64,000 nucleotides of DNA from a virus. Every line of letters starts with the position of its first letter. The first letter of the stretch is position 1. Positions 9,764 through 19,382 of the stretch are shown here, in pieces. Made by a program: the position numbers and the translations under genes. Location of the stretch: positions 40,210-104,209 of the IMG/VR virus record IMGVR_UViG_3300032516_002690; one strand, 5' to 3'. The notes beneath the pieces are model-generated. The model was not told the DNA's origin. It saw only the letters and a program-made list of their open reading frames with translations, and made no database searches.

Positions 9764-11509
9764 ATGGGAACAGGTGTAGAAAATGCTATGTTACATAAAA
9801 AACTGACCGTAGATGAGGCCATAGCTAAAGGACGTGACACCGTAGCGGATGCACTCACGTACTTGACGAGTAACCAAGTCAAGAATTTCTACGCACGTGT
9901 CATCAATTTGATGGACCGCTACGCTATTCCCGGCATGGGTACCATGGGTGTCAGCGTACAGCGTGGACGCTATATATTTATCTACGATCCGATTTTCGCA
10001 GCTACGGTGTCCTACGAGGAAGTCTGCGCGACTTGTGAGCACGAGGTTCTGCACTTAGTGCTGGAGCAGATTCCTAGGTCTCTGACGCTGCGTAAGATTT
10101 TCGCCTCAGACGATGACGTAGCGTTGTTTGACATCACCAGTAATCTGGCAGTCGATCTAGCTGCGAATGAGCTGCTAGCCCGCTCGTGGCCCAAGATAAA
10201 ACACAAAGACAAGCCGCTTGGTGAGTGGGTCACGCCTGATAAGTATGACCCGCCGTTACCCGCTGACTTGTCCTACGAGAATTATCATCGATTACTCATG
10301 GAACTCTTGAGTAAGCGTCTTACTGCCTCGCCAAAGCAGTTGTATAAACTGGCGAAACAGATACTAAAAGACAAAAACGATAAAGTACAAAGCACCATCA
10401 ATAAACCGAATGAAGCAGATCCGTCGAAAGATGATGAGCAGGGCGGCGGTGAAGGCGAGAGTGACAAGCCAGGGCCGGAAGACGGTGAGGGCGAAGGTCA
10501 AGGCGACGGGCCCGGCGAAGGCCAAGATGGATCTGGGCAAGGGTCCGGGGACGGGCAGGGTTCGCCGCAAGGTTCGGGCAAGGGCCAAGGACAGAGCCAA
10601 GCGCCAGAACCAAACATGACCCCCGAGGAACTCGCGAAAGAAATCGGTGACCTCGACCCGGTAGACCATAAAATACTGGAAATGCTAGTCAACTCCATGA
10701 AAAGTCATATGGGGTGGAATGCGGCAAATCCCGATGAGAGCGATACGCATAAGGCGCAGGAACACGGCAAAGAACTAATTAAGTCTGCTATTTCGGGTAT
10801 GGACCAGAAGTCCCGCGGGACTATTCCGGGACATATGATGGAACTTATCCGTAGGATGCTGACACCGCCGTCTATTTCGTGGACGGAGTTCTTGCATAAT
10901 ATCGTCCAGCGTACGCGGCAAACAAAGCGTATGCGTGGCATGTCCCGCCCGTCTAAGAAACTCTCTGCTCTGAAGATATACGCGCGAAAGAAGCTCGAAG
11001 AAGACAAAGACGAACGCTTTTTACGCTACGCCAAGATCAGACAGATGTCTGTATTTCCAGGCATTAAACAAGACAATAAATTCACGATTGTATACGCTGT
11101 GGATACCTCGGGTTCCATGAGCACTAAAGATCTGCAGTTAGGTTTAGCAGAGCTGCAGCACATACAGAAATCAGATTCAGACGTGTCCATCTGCGTGATT
11201 TACGCAGATACGCATATCTGTACTGAGTATTGGATTGACGCAACTGCCCAGATTGATCCTAATCTGACTGGACGGGGTGGCACAGACTTCGAGGCTGTGT
11301 TTGTTCACGTACAGAAATTACTCGGTAACCAAGACAAAGCGCCTGACGTGCTGGTGTACTGCACCGACGGTTACGCTCCACCGCCTACTACGCGCTTGCC
11401 CCTGCCTACCGTATGGTTGCTCACCCCGAGGGGACAGCCTGTGATGGCTGATAGTGGACACATCACGATCATGATGAAGGACTATCAACTAGAGGATTCG
11501 TATGTCTAA
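9764..11509 (+). CDS. metallopeptidase-like + VWA domain protein (DUF2201-like MoxR partner)
   Basis: HEVLH motif, G/Q/E-rich linker, MIDAS VDTSGSM, GRGGTDF, YCTDG; AGGAGG RBS. Confidence 0.9.
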   Translation: MGTGVENAMLHKKLTVDEAIAKGRDTVADALTYLTSNQVKNFYARVINLMDRYAIPGMGTMGVSVQRGRYIFIYDPIFAATVSYEEVCATCEHEVLHLVLEQIPRSLTLRKIFASDDDVALFDITSNLAVDLAANELLARSWPKIKHKDKPLGEWVTPDKYDPPLPADLSYENYHRLLMELLSKRLTASPKQLYKLAKQILKDKNDKVQSTINKPNEADPSKDDEQGGGEGESDKPGPEDGEGEGQGDGPGEGQDGSGQGSGDGQGSPQGSGKGQGQSQAPEPNMTPEELAKEIGDLDPVDHKILEMLVNSMKSHMGWNAANPDESDTHKAQEHGKELIKSAISGMDQKSRGTIPGHMMELIRRMLTPPSISWTEFLHNIVQRTRQTKRMRGMSRPSKKLSALKIYARKKLEEDKDERFLRYAKIRQMSVFPGIKQDNKFTIVYAVDTSGSMSTKDLQLGLAELQHIQKSDSDVSICVIYADTHICTEYWIDATAQIDPNLTGRGGTDFEAVFVHVQKLLGNQDKAPDVLVYCTDGYAPPPTTRLPLPTVWLLTPRGQPVMADSGHITIMMKDYQLEDSYV

Positions 11510-12155
11510 TGTCATAGACATTCACATTCAGCGCAACGTTGTCGGTACCGTAATACCCTTCGACAAGTTGTATCTCTTCGATAGGGCGGATCGAGAGCTG
11601 ATACCGAAGATATTCGGGTACGCAATCGTCTTGCCGTTTTCGGATGACATGCGCGATACACTCTACAAACTAAAGGTCGCGGAAGTAACGCATAAGCGTT
11701 TCCAACGGGATGACTCATCTAAAAAGATAGAGCCGCTGCTGGATGGCGAGAGCTTAGACAAGAAACCTAGCATTCTTGCCTGGTGGGAAGCTTTTGCTGT
11801 ACAGCATGATTTACTAAATCGCGTAGCTGTGGTGCCTGTATTGACTTCAGTTGCACGCAAGAAAATACGACCGCGTTACATCGCGTCGCACAAATGGTTT
11901 ACGGACCAACAAAAGAATGCCAAGCGTACGCGTCCTTTACCTGTGGTTCCTGCGGTCAGCGAAATGGGATATCTCGCAACACCCCTCGCTGCGCCACAGG
12001 ATAAAATCCGTCCTATTTGTTCTATATGCCCGCGAATGCTTATGCACCTTCAGGGTGAGTGCGTACCGGGGCAAGCTGTTTGCTATAAATCGCTAGACTT
12101 TTCTGAGATCGAGGAAACGCCAGCAGATGTCAGCTTACAGCAAGACAACGATTAA
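11502..12155 (+). CDS. hypothetical protein with C-terminal Cys cluster; overlaps RT start
   Basis: 217 aa; CSIC..C..C; overlaps both the VWA gene and the RT gene. Confidence 0.7.
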   Translation: MSNVIDIHIQRNVVGTVIPFDKLYLFDRADRELIPKIFGYAIVLPFSDDMRDTLYKLKVAEVTHKRFQRDDSSKKIEPLLDGESLDKKPSILAWWEAFAVQHDLLNRVAVVPVLTSVARKKIRPRYIASHKWFTDQQKNAKRTRPLPVVPAVSEMGYLATPLAAPQDKIRPICSICPRMLMHLQGECVPGQAVCYKSLDFSEIEETPADVSLQQDND

Positions 12156-13176
12156 CATCATCGAGCTGCCGCATGTGTCTAAAATACCGGAGGGGGTCCC
12201 TCCGGTGTTCGATACCATGTCGTTGGCGCATTCGTTGGGTATTCGAAACCGTACGCTGATGGGGCTCATCGTACGCCGGGCGAAGCTGTACAAGAAGTTT
12301 GTTATACCGAAGAAGTCGGGCGGTAAGCGAGTTATCCACTCACCTGATCCGAAACTCAAATATGTACAGGCGCGTGTGCTCGAACGCTTCTTTACCAAGA
12401 TAAAGTATCCAGAGCATATTGCTGCGTACGTGCCAGAACGTACTACGCGTTATAGTGCTGAAAAGCACGCGGGAAAGCCTTTGCTAATCGTTATCGATTT
12501 AAAGGACTTTTTCCCAAGTACTCGGCGTGCATGGATTCGACGCGCCCTACAAGCGGAGTTCAATCTACCTTTTGAGGTAGTGAGCGCTATTGCAGATATT
12601 GCTACTATTCCTGTCGATACGCTGACAGGCACACGTTACGTAGTTCCCCAAGGGGCGCCAACCAGCGGTGCTATTTGCAATTGGGTAGCTCACCATCGTA
12701 TCGATAAGCCTGTGCTCGAAGAGTGCGCTAAGTGGAATATGGCATATACCCGATATGCTGATGACCTAGCTTTTTCATCGAACGTACAATTAACACGCGA
12801 CGACACCAACAAGTTTATTCGCGCAATCTGTAAGATCATAAAGAAGTCGGGCTACGAAGTTAATCGTAAGAAGCTCCGTGTAACACGTCCAGGACGACAG
12901 CAGCGTTTGTTGGGTATGACGATCAACGCAAAGCCCAATATTATTCGTCTACATTACCGTAAATTACGCGCACGTATTCACAACTGCAAGATAAAGGGCT
13001 TTGACGCTGTAGCTCACGAAATGCGCATGGAGTCTGGCGAGCAGCTAAAGTCGCAAATCATGGGTAAAATTTCATACTACCACATGATCAACCCCGTGAA
13101 GGCTGCGAAGCTCAAGCAGCAATTCCAAGCAGCTGAAGGGCTTCCGCAACATGGCACGCTACTACACACTGTGTGA
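12127..13176 (+). CDS. retron-type reverse transcriptase
   Basis: YKKFVIPKKSGGKRVI.SP..LK.VQ, region X-like SAEKH (NAxxH), DLKDFFPS, PQGAPTSG, catalytic YTRYADDL, region Y-like QRLLGMTIN (VTG replaced by LLG); 349 aa, no maturase or endonuclease domain. Confidence 0.93.
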   Translation: MSAYSKTTINIIELPHVSKIPEGVPPVFDTMSLAHSLGIRNRTLMGLIVRRAKLYKKFVIPKKSGGKRVIHSPDPKLKYVQARVLERFFTKIKYPEHIAAYVPERTTRYSAEKHAGKPLLIVIDLKDFFPSTRRAWIRRALQAEFNLPFEVVSAIADIATIPVDTLTGTRYVVPQGAPTSGAICNWVAHHRIDKPVLEECAKWNMAYTRYADDLAFSSNVQLTRDDTNKFIRAICKIIKKSGYEVNRKKLRVTRPGRQQRLLGMTINAKPNIIRLHYRKLRARIHNCKIKGFDAVAHEMRMESGEQLKSQIMGKISYYHMINPVKAAKLKQQFQAAEGLPQHGTLLHTV

Positions 13177-14608
13177 AACGACTCCTGGTAAGGAAGCCGG
13201 CAAGTCAGGCGGTCAACGTCGATACTTACGTGTGTACTATGCGTCGGAAGGCTTCCTCTTCCACGATACAGAAGATTCGCTGACGTTTACAGATATACAA
13301 AAAGCGCTCTGGATGTTGTCAGACCTTTACGAGGATGCGCAACGTGTCATAGCTATTTGCGTCGATGATAACACTATCATGGCGACATTCAGTACGTACG
13401 CACTACCTAGACCAACACGCCCCGGATTCAATCTCTACAGCAGCGTAAAGCCGGACGAGTACTTAGAAAGTAGCGGGTTAGCCGGTTGGTTGTTACGTGA
13501 CATAAAAAACCCCGCGTCTGAGCCGATTCCCGTAGACTATAACGATCTGTACAATGATTGCATTATGCTTGAACGCGTTACGGATAATTGCCCGTGCGTA
13601 AAACAAGCCGAAGGTACGTGTTTTCCGAGTACAGTATACCTGCGATATCCGTGGTTAGCCGCTAACACTACGAATTACAGCGCTACAGAAGTAAGTAAGT
13701 TCCATACTAAACGCTATGAAAACGTAGGGGGTTTCGAATACATATCAGGGCAGCTCGCAACCAGCGCAGACTTTAGCGAGGCGATACGCCCTTGGGATAA
13801 CTACGACTTCCGTTTGGTACCAAAACGTGAAACGCAATTCGCCGAACGCGGGCAGGAACTATCGCATCGTTCCACCCACCGCAAGGTTGAATGCTCGCAA
13901 TGCACGTTTGCCACCAAGAAACACGGTGGCGGTTACGAAGACTGTGGTCGCATTAAAGACTGTCGTACACATACAACCGAAGAACAAGCGTGGGTTACGC
14001 TTTTCGATTGGTTGAAAACAGATACCGATTTTGTTACAGGAACGCCTGGGTTTTCGCCGGGCGAAATAAATTACCTGATCAAAGAAGCGGGGCGTGCAGA
14101 GCACAGTAAATCGATTAGCGATACTCGAAAGGTACCGACTTACCTAGCGGGCTTTCATTCCGGCTACTCGACCGAATACATGCAATACATGGTGACTGCA
14201 GCCCGCGGACATTTGTCACGGCACAAGTACTACGTCAGCTACAAAGACCTTCGGATGGATTATCCGATGTTACTTGCAAGTGCAGATATACCACCAATAA
14301 CCGTCGAACCAAAGATGCTACTGGCGCACGCTATTTACTCAGGGTGGCCGTATATCCGCGGCGAATCGGGCGGTTGGGGTCACCGCAATCATCCCTTTTG
14401 GCGGATGGAATTGCAGCACGGTACGATGTCAACGTATGGCCATACCTCGAATGGGTATTTCCACGGCCCGTCGTTAAGCGTGGCTTCGCATGTATCTGAT
14501 TACATACAGGCGAAGTGGCCCGGACAGCAAAACGATATATGCAACAAATACATAAGCGCCGTTAGGCGCCAGGCACAAAGTCAGGGCACACTGCCAATAC
14601 TAGCGTGA
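13151..14608 (+). CDS. hypothetical protein with Cys clusters; candidate RT partner
   Basis: 485 aa; start overlaps RT stop; CPC..C and CSQC..C..C. Confidence 0.7.
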   Translation: MARYYTLCETTPGKEAGKSGGQRRYLRVYYASEGFLFHDTEDSLTFTDIQKALWMLSDLYEDAQRVIAICVDDNTIMATFSTYALPRPTRPGFNLYSSVKPDEYLESSGLAGWLLRDIKNPASEPIPVDYNDLYNDCIMLERVTDNCPCVKQAEGTCFPSTVYLRYPWLAANTTNYSATEVSKFHTKRYENVGGFEYISGQLATSADFSEAIRPWDNYDFRLVPKRETQFAERGQELSHRSTHRKVECSQCTFATKKHGGGYEDCGRIKDCRTHTTEEQAWVTLFDWLKTDTDFVTGTPGFSPGEINYLIKEAGRAEHSKSISDTRKVPTYLAGFHSGYSTEYMQYMVTAARGHLSRHKYYVSYKDLRMDYPMLLASADIPPITVEPKMLLAHAIYSGWPYIRGESGGWGHRNHPFWRMELQHGTMSTYGHTSNGYFHGPSLSVASHVSDYIQAKWPGQQNDICNKYISAVRRQAQSQGTLPILA

Positions 14609-15548
14609 GCGCCGCAGCTCGCGCAGCTTGTGCCTGCGTAACTGCCGCCTGAAGAGAAGCATCTTCAGCGCGGCAATTATTTAGGTCAACGAATAGCGCA
14701 TTCTTCGCCTGTGTTAGCGTAGTTACGCGTAGTTGCAAAGTTGTTACCATTGTACTGATGGTGCCGGACGATAGCGTAGCGAGGGCCGTATTCTGTACGT
14801 TGAACTGCGCTAAGTATGCATCATTGGATGTGAAATAAACTTCTAGCGCGTCCTTTTCAGCATCTGTAGCAGAAGTTATCTGATTCAACGCGCGGGCATT
14901 GCTGTTGTTGGCGTTGAGGGTACCGTAAACAGTGGTGTAAATACTGTTCGCGGTTGAAATACCCGCTTGAACAGTTAGTGCGTTTGTGAGATCTGATTGA
15001 GCCAGCTGTAGGCTTGTCTCGGTCGTAGCAATATTTGTTTCAATAGATGTGCAGCTATGCGCGTCGCGTGCAGTAGTAGCTGTAGCTAGTGCCGTGTTAG
15101 TTGCGTAAAACGCGTCTTTGAGACCTTGTTTTGCGGACTCGTCGACCGTCGGATAGATGATAATATCACCTCCTTCGAAAGTCTCGTACTCCGTCAAAAA
15201 CGCGTCGTAGTTTGCAGTCAGCGCATTAATGCGACTGGACAGTTCTTTCCAAGCCGCGTTGGCCGTTTCAATATCGTCGTACGTGAGCGTCGTACTACTC
15301 GCACGCCAGAGTTCATCGCTATTTACAATCGCGGTGTCCCGATTCGTGACATAGGTCAGCGAATCCGCGATCTCCACAACACGATTAAATGTGTCATCTT
15401 TTGGATCATCTGGCGTGACTATATTCAGCAAAAATATAGCGGTATCCTGCAGGGTGCCTGCGACAGTACACGTCGTTTTAATCGTATATTGTGCTGTGCC
15501 GGATACGACAACAGCTTTGCGTTCCATGACTACTTGCGTACCCGACAT
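14562..15548 (-). CDS. putative virion protein, N-terminal paralogous domain plus coiled coil
   Basis: 328 aa; Ala/Thr-rich heptad C-terminus; N-terminus similar to 16420-16806. Confidence 0.6.
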   Translation of the reverse strand: MSGTQVVMERKAVVVSGTAQYTIKTTCTVAGTLQDTAIFLLNIVTPDDPKDDTFNRVVEIADSLTYVTNRDTAIVNSDELWRASSTTLTYDDIETANAAWKELSSRINALTANYDAFLTEYETFEGGDIIIYPTVDESAKQGLKDAFYATNTALATATTARDAHSCTSIETNIATTETSLQLAQSDLTNALTVQAGISTANSIYTTVYGTLNANNSNARALNQITSATDAEKDALEVYFTSNDAYLAQFNVQNTALATLSSGTISTMVTTLQLRVTTLTQAKNALFVDLNNCRAEDASLQAAVTQAQAARAAALTLVLAVCPDFVPGA

Positions 15549-15579
15549 GATTTACTCGCGGTGATTATTGTACGTGTAC

Positions 15580-16396
15580 TTAGACTAGTAGTTTTGTCTT
15601 AACAGGCAGCTCGATATCATCGGAGTCCTGCATCAGTACGTCTACCACTTCCGGCGTCCACTTCAATTGCACGCCTTTGTGATCGCTATGCTCAGCTTGA
15701 TACGCCACGGCACCTGCATAGGCTTTCCCGTCCTCGGTAGGCTCCCACTTCTTGCCGGCCTTTTTTCTGCAGTCCGCGGGATTCAAGCATTTTGTTTACT
15801 AGAGCCGGTTTGACGCCGCCTAGCTTCTGCCCGATCTCTGTTGGGGTTAGAGATGGCGCCTTGTCCCAGTCGACGGATATTAAGTTGCGCATCTCTTCGT
15901 GTCCGACCTTAGGCATCAGGCCGCAAGCAGCGAGTGCGCGCATGGTGCACGCAGCTGCCATTTCCGGGCGCGTGGTCGGAATGATTTTAAGGATGAAAGC
16001 GGCGGTCTCTAAGATTGTCGCCCGCACTTCAGCGTCTTTGCTCAGCATCATCGGCTGCGGCGCAGGTTCGCGCGAATAACTGCCGGTCTTGCGGATGGAC
16101 GGCAGGACTTCACCGGCTAACCATTCTTGGAATGGGAACGCTTTGGGTTTGTCACTACGCATGACGTAGAAGTTTAGACCTGACTCAGATAGAGCAACTA
16201 TTGACTGATTCCCGCCGGGGGTGATAACGGATCTCTCCCCTTTCCAACGCGCGGGTACATGTTCGACCGCTGTGCTACACCACACGCTGCCAAGTGCGGC
16301 TACGACATCCTTAGCCACAAACCAAGGCTCTCCCTTCTCATCCATCGAAACTCGAACCTGCGTACCTTCGAAATTGAACACCGTGATAGCTGACAT
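15580..16396 (-). pseudogene. Bro-N antirepressor-like protein split by a 1-nt frameshift in an A6 run
   Basis: Bro-N motifs FNFEG.QVR..GEPWFVAKDV and WLAGEVLPSIRKTGSY; C-terminal domain continues in the +1 frame (GKKWEPTEDGK..QLKW) after T6 at 15761-15766. Confidence 0.75.
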
Positions 16397-16419
16397 TGCG
16401 ATGATTTCCTTAACTGAAC

Positions 16420-16806
16420 TTACGGCGTAATATTAGAATCGACGGATACTATATCAGTACCCTCGAAGGCGTCTACTATAGATGCCCATGCAACCGCAAG
16501 TATTTTAAACCTATTACGCGTAATAATCTCAAAGCCGGTGGCGTCTTTAATGGTTGCAAAATTTAATTGCGCACCGCGGCCCCTGTAAAAGTCCAGACCC
16601 GCAGAGATAGCTGCAGTTTTACCCACAGGAAAGGATTCCAGGTCGTAGACGCTAGCTACGCGTGAGAATGTATCGTGCTCTGCATCGAATACGAGCACGT
16701 CAAAATCAATGTTTACCGTGTCGATAATGTCTAGTTGAAAGCGGTACACGCTCTCAGACGGTATAGACCGAATAAATTGGCTTTTGATTTGTACGAGCGT
16801 ACTCAT
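16420..16806 (-). CDS. hypothetical protein (paralogous domain)
   Basis: 128 aa; DTFSRV..D..FEGTDI aligns with DTFNRV..D..FEGGDI of 14562-15548. Confidence 0.65.
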   Translation of the reverse strand: MSTLVQIKSQFIRSIPSESVYRFQLDIIDTVNIDFDVLVFDAEHDTFSRVASVYDLESFPVGKTAAISAGLDFYRGRGAQLNFATIKDATGFEIITRNRFKILAVAWASIVDAFEGTDIVSVDSNITP

Positions 16807-17486
16807 ATCGACGAGCTCACGGTGACGGTTTCGCTTACCAGATTTGCGCCGGCTACTTCGTTAGTGAGAGACAACATGTCTGCTTTCGTGGCAATGACCG
16901 CGTTTTCGGCTGTAGCTACTTCGTCAAATACGCGGTTAAATCGCCGATCACGAAAGTTGCCAGCACCCGGCGCACCGTTGCGCAATGTCTTGCCAGCATA
17001 TGCAGTCAAACTCAAACGTGATATTGTCCAGCTAAATCCATTGTAGAAAGCAGGAAAGGGCGCATACAACTCCAAGCGGTTTACGTTACCGCCCGGCGCA
17101 ACTGTCTTGACTACAAACGTAAAGGGGTTTGTGCCGGGATATTCTGCAGAAGTCCAATAGGCAGGGTCCGTGATGCTAACGCCTATCAAGTCATCAACAA
17201 GCACGCCTGCAGTGCTAAAATTGACTGTCGTATCCTCCATGTAGTCAAGCGCGCGTGCAGTGATGCTGGTGAGTTGCGCGAGAGTTGACACACCTACGTA
17301 GGCTTCCGCGCCACCGCTGTAATTCCCTACAATAAAATATTGCATATTGTTGGGATGCGTAGGAAAGTACGTAGGCCCTGGTGTTGGGGGCACCACACCG
17401 TCATCGCGATTTCTAGTGATGACCCTTATTTTACCGGCTGTTATAAGACGGTCTTTCTCGAAAACGGCGGATATGTACGCACTCAT
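16803..17486 (-). CDS. hypothetical, probably structural protein
   Basis: ATG at 17486 avoids overlap with ruvC; C-terminus FRDRRF..F..VATA resembles the neighbouring paralogs. Confidence 0.6.
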   Translation of the reverse strand: MSAYISAVFEKDRLITAGKIRVITRNRDDGVVPPTPGPTYFPTHPNNMQYFIVGNYSGGAEAYVGVSTLAQLTSITARALDYMEDTTVNFSTAGVLVDDLIGVSITDPAYWTSAEYPGTNPFTFVVKTVAPGGNVNRLELYAPFPAFYNGFSWTISRLSLTAYAGKTLRNGAPGAGNFRDRRFNRVFDEVATAENAVIATKADMLSLTNEVAGANLVSETVTVSSSI

Positions 17487-17502
17487 AGCAGTACTATAGC
17501 CT

Positions 17503-18060
17503 ATGTCCTTTGTAATAGGCATAGACCAATCGGTGCTACACACAGGTATCTGCATCCTGAACGAGGACGCATCTGTGAACTATCTGGGTTTAATAGAGCC
17601 TGACAAGCTCAAAAACCGAGATCGGTTGGCGTATATTCGCGATGAACTCAATGCTGTCCTAGGAGCTAGGCGGTTTGCTGTTGGTGTCATGGAGGGCTAT
17701 TCGTACGGCAGTATGAATAAGAAGTTCCTGTTGGGTGAAGTAGGCTCAGTTGTAAAACTGGCCTTCCATGATCACTGCCTGCGTGCCTACGAAGTAGCAC
17801 CCGCAGCACTAAAGAAGTTTGTGACGTCTAAGGGCAGCGCGTCCAAAGAAGACGTGATGGTTGCAGTTGAGAAGCAGTGGGGAGTCATGCTAAAGGATGA
17901 CAACCTCGCTGACGCGTACGGCTTAGCCCGAATCGCCTACGAAATCGCAAAGCCCACCTCTACTAAGCGCCATCAATTAGACGTACTCAAAGGCTTGCTT
18001 AAAGAAGTGTCACGCAAAAAAGTACCTAGACGTAAGATCTTATTTAAAGATGCCATTTAA
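17503..18060 (+). CDS. ruvC: RuvC-like Holliday junction resolvase
   Basis: IGIDQS..TG, VMEGY, P..LKKFVT.KG.A.K, DDNLADA. Confidence 0.9.
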   Translation: MSFVIGIDQSVLHTGICILNEDASVNYLGLIEPDKLKNRDRLAYIRDELNAVLGARRFAVGVMEGYSYGSMNKKFLLGEVGSVVKLAFHDHCLRAYEVAPAALKKFVTSKGSASKEDVMVAVEKQWGVMLKDDNLADAYGLARIAYEIAKPTSTKRHQLDVLKGLLKEVSRKKVPRRKILFKDAI

Positions 18061-18086
18061 TACCCGCCTGACTATCGGAGTCTAAA

Positions 18087-18338
18087 ATGAGACACATCGG
18101 CTGCATGGTTTCTGGTAATACCGTTAATATTGATCCTGGTACACACGGCGAAAATACAGATGCTATTATTGTTATGCGTCGCGGTGAGATCATCGGAGTA
18201 GTCAGTCCCCGCGCACAAGATGACGTACAGACGCTACGCATGACTTTCACGCGCGACAGACCCAAGGAAGGGTTTGTGCCGCTCCAGGGTGTAGCGGTGC
18301 AGCATTTCATGCCCGTTGTTACAGATGACTATATCTAA
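18087..18338 (+). CDS. hypothetical protein
   Basis: 83-aa ORF with GGAG upstream, in a + strand run. Confidence 0.5.
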   Translation: MRHIGCMVSGNTVNIDPGTHGENTDAIIVMRRGEIIGVVSPRAQDDVQTLRMTFTRDRPKEGFVPLQGVAVQHFMPVVTDDYI

Positions 18339-18612
18339 GGAAGATCACCGTATGGGGATTACGCCGATTTTACTTCGGCGAGCTTCGTACTATATACGTC
18401 TTGGTGAAGGCGAATATTTTCCCGTACATCCACACTACGATAGAGTTGTAGTTGATAAAATATATGATCTAACCCAAAACCCGCTGGATAAAAATCACTG
18501 GGGTATGGGTTTACGTGTTTCATTCTATAGCGAAGGCCGCCGAATACGTTGGGTTGAATTCGGCTGTCATGTTGTTGGTGCAGGAGGAGATGACCTCCTG
18601 CGTGAAGTTTGA
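18316..18612 (+). CDS. hypothetical protein
   Basis: 98-aa ORF packed between neighbours; start uncertain. Confidence 0.5.
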   Translation: MLQMTISKEDHRMGITPILLRRASYYIRLGEGEYFPVHPHYDRVVVDKIYDLTQNPLDKNHWGMGLRVSFYSEGRRIRWVEFGCHVVGAGGDDLLREV

Positions 18613-18626
18613 AAGAGGTCCTGACA

Positions 18627-18887
18627 ATGACTAAGTACCTAGTGACTCACGAAGCAACCGTAGGCCGCACGCGCGAAGAAGGTGCGGTCATTCCGTCAAT
18701 TACGTTGACCTACTACAGCATGGTTGAGGCAGAGACAGTCGAAGCTGCCAACGACATGGTTGTGGTTTATCGCGACCCGGGCTTTAGCACGCGCGTTATA
18801 GCCGTAACCGAGGTGGCTGATATTTTGTCAGCAGACGACCTCTTCGCGTTGCTCAATCACGCGAACATTATCAAAGAGGGGCTCTGA
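18627..18887 (+). CDS. hypothetical protein
   Basis: GAGG RBS then ATG at 18627. Confidence 0.55.
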   Translation: MTKYLVTHEATVGRTREEGAVIPSITLTYYSMVEAETVEAANDMVVVYRDPGFSTRVIAVTEVADILSADDLFALLNHANIIKEGL

Positions 18888-18890
18888 GCT

Positions 18891-19382
18891 TCATCGAATA
18901 ATACTGCCTAAAAACGCACCTAGGCCAAGTAAACCAAAGGTGCCACCTACCCACAGAGGCCATGTGGGTGGGCTTTCTGCTTTTGCACGCCACATGTTTT
19001 TAGCTTCGATTTCTTCCGTGAGGCGGTTATTCAATACCAGGATTTGATCCTGATCTTGACGCTCCATGGAATAGTGTAAGCTAATTTGATCTTGCGACTT
19101 GAGTAACTCAGCTTCTTTTACGGCTAGCAGGCTTGTATAGTCTTCCCACTGGCTATGCCAATAACGCGCTTGTATTTCTAGCACGTTGAGTTCGACCGTC
19201 TGTGCCGCATCAAAGCACGCATATCGTACGTCTTTGTATACGCACGCAATGTATTCCGGAATTAGCCGTGTAGGCAGTGGCCGTAACTGAAATAATTTGG
19301 CGTGTTCCTGCGCTTGTGCACTAGACGTCGCCAATAAAACTAAGAGCGCGACTTTTGATTGTACGCGTCTAAATCTTTCCAT
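18891..19382 (-). CDS. exported coiled-coil protein with C-terminal membrane anchor (possible lysis protein)
   Basis: Signal peptide VALLVLLATSSAQA; C-terminal LWVGGTFGLLGLGAFLGSII. Confidence 0.5.
   Translation of the reverse strand: MERFRRVQSKVALLVLLATSSAQAQEHAKLFQLRPLPTRLIPEYIACVYKDVRYACFDAAQTVELNVLEIQARYWHSQWEDYTSLLAVKEAELLKSQDQISLHYSMERQDQDQILVLNNRLTEEIEAKNMWRAKAESPPTWPLWVGGTFGLLGLGAFLGSIIR

Noticed and set aside
12127-13176. Group II intron maturase
   Set aside because: Short protein without X or En domains, and coding neighbours overlap both ends
15761-15767. Programmed -1 frameshift in the Bro-N gene
   Set aside because: The conserved-looking C-terminal domain is in the +1 frame, not -1
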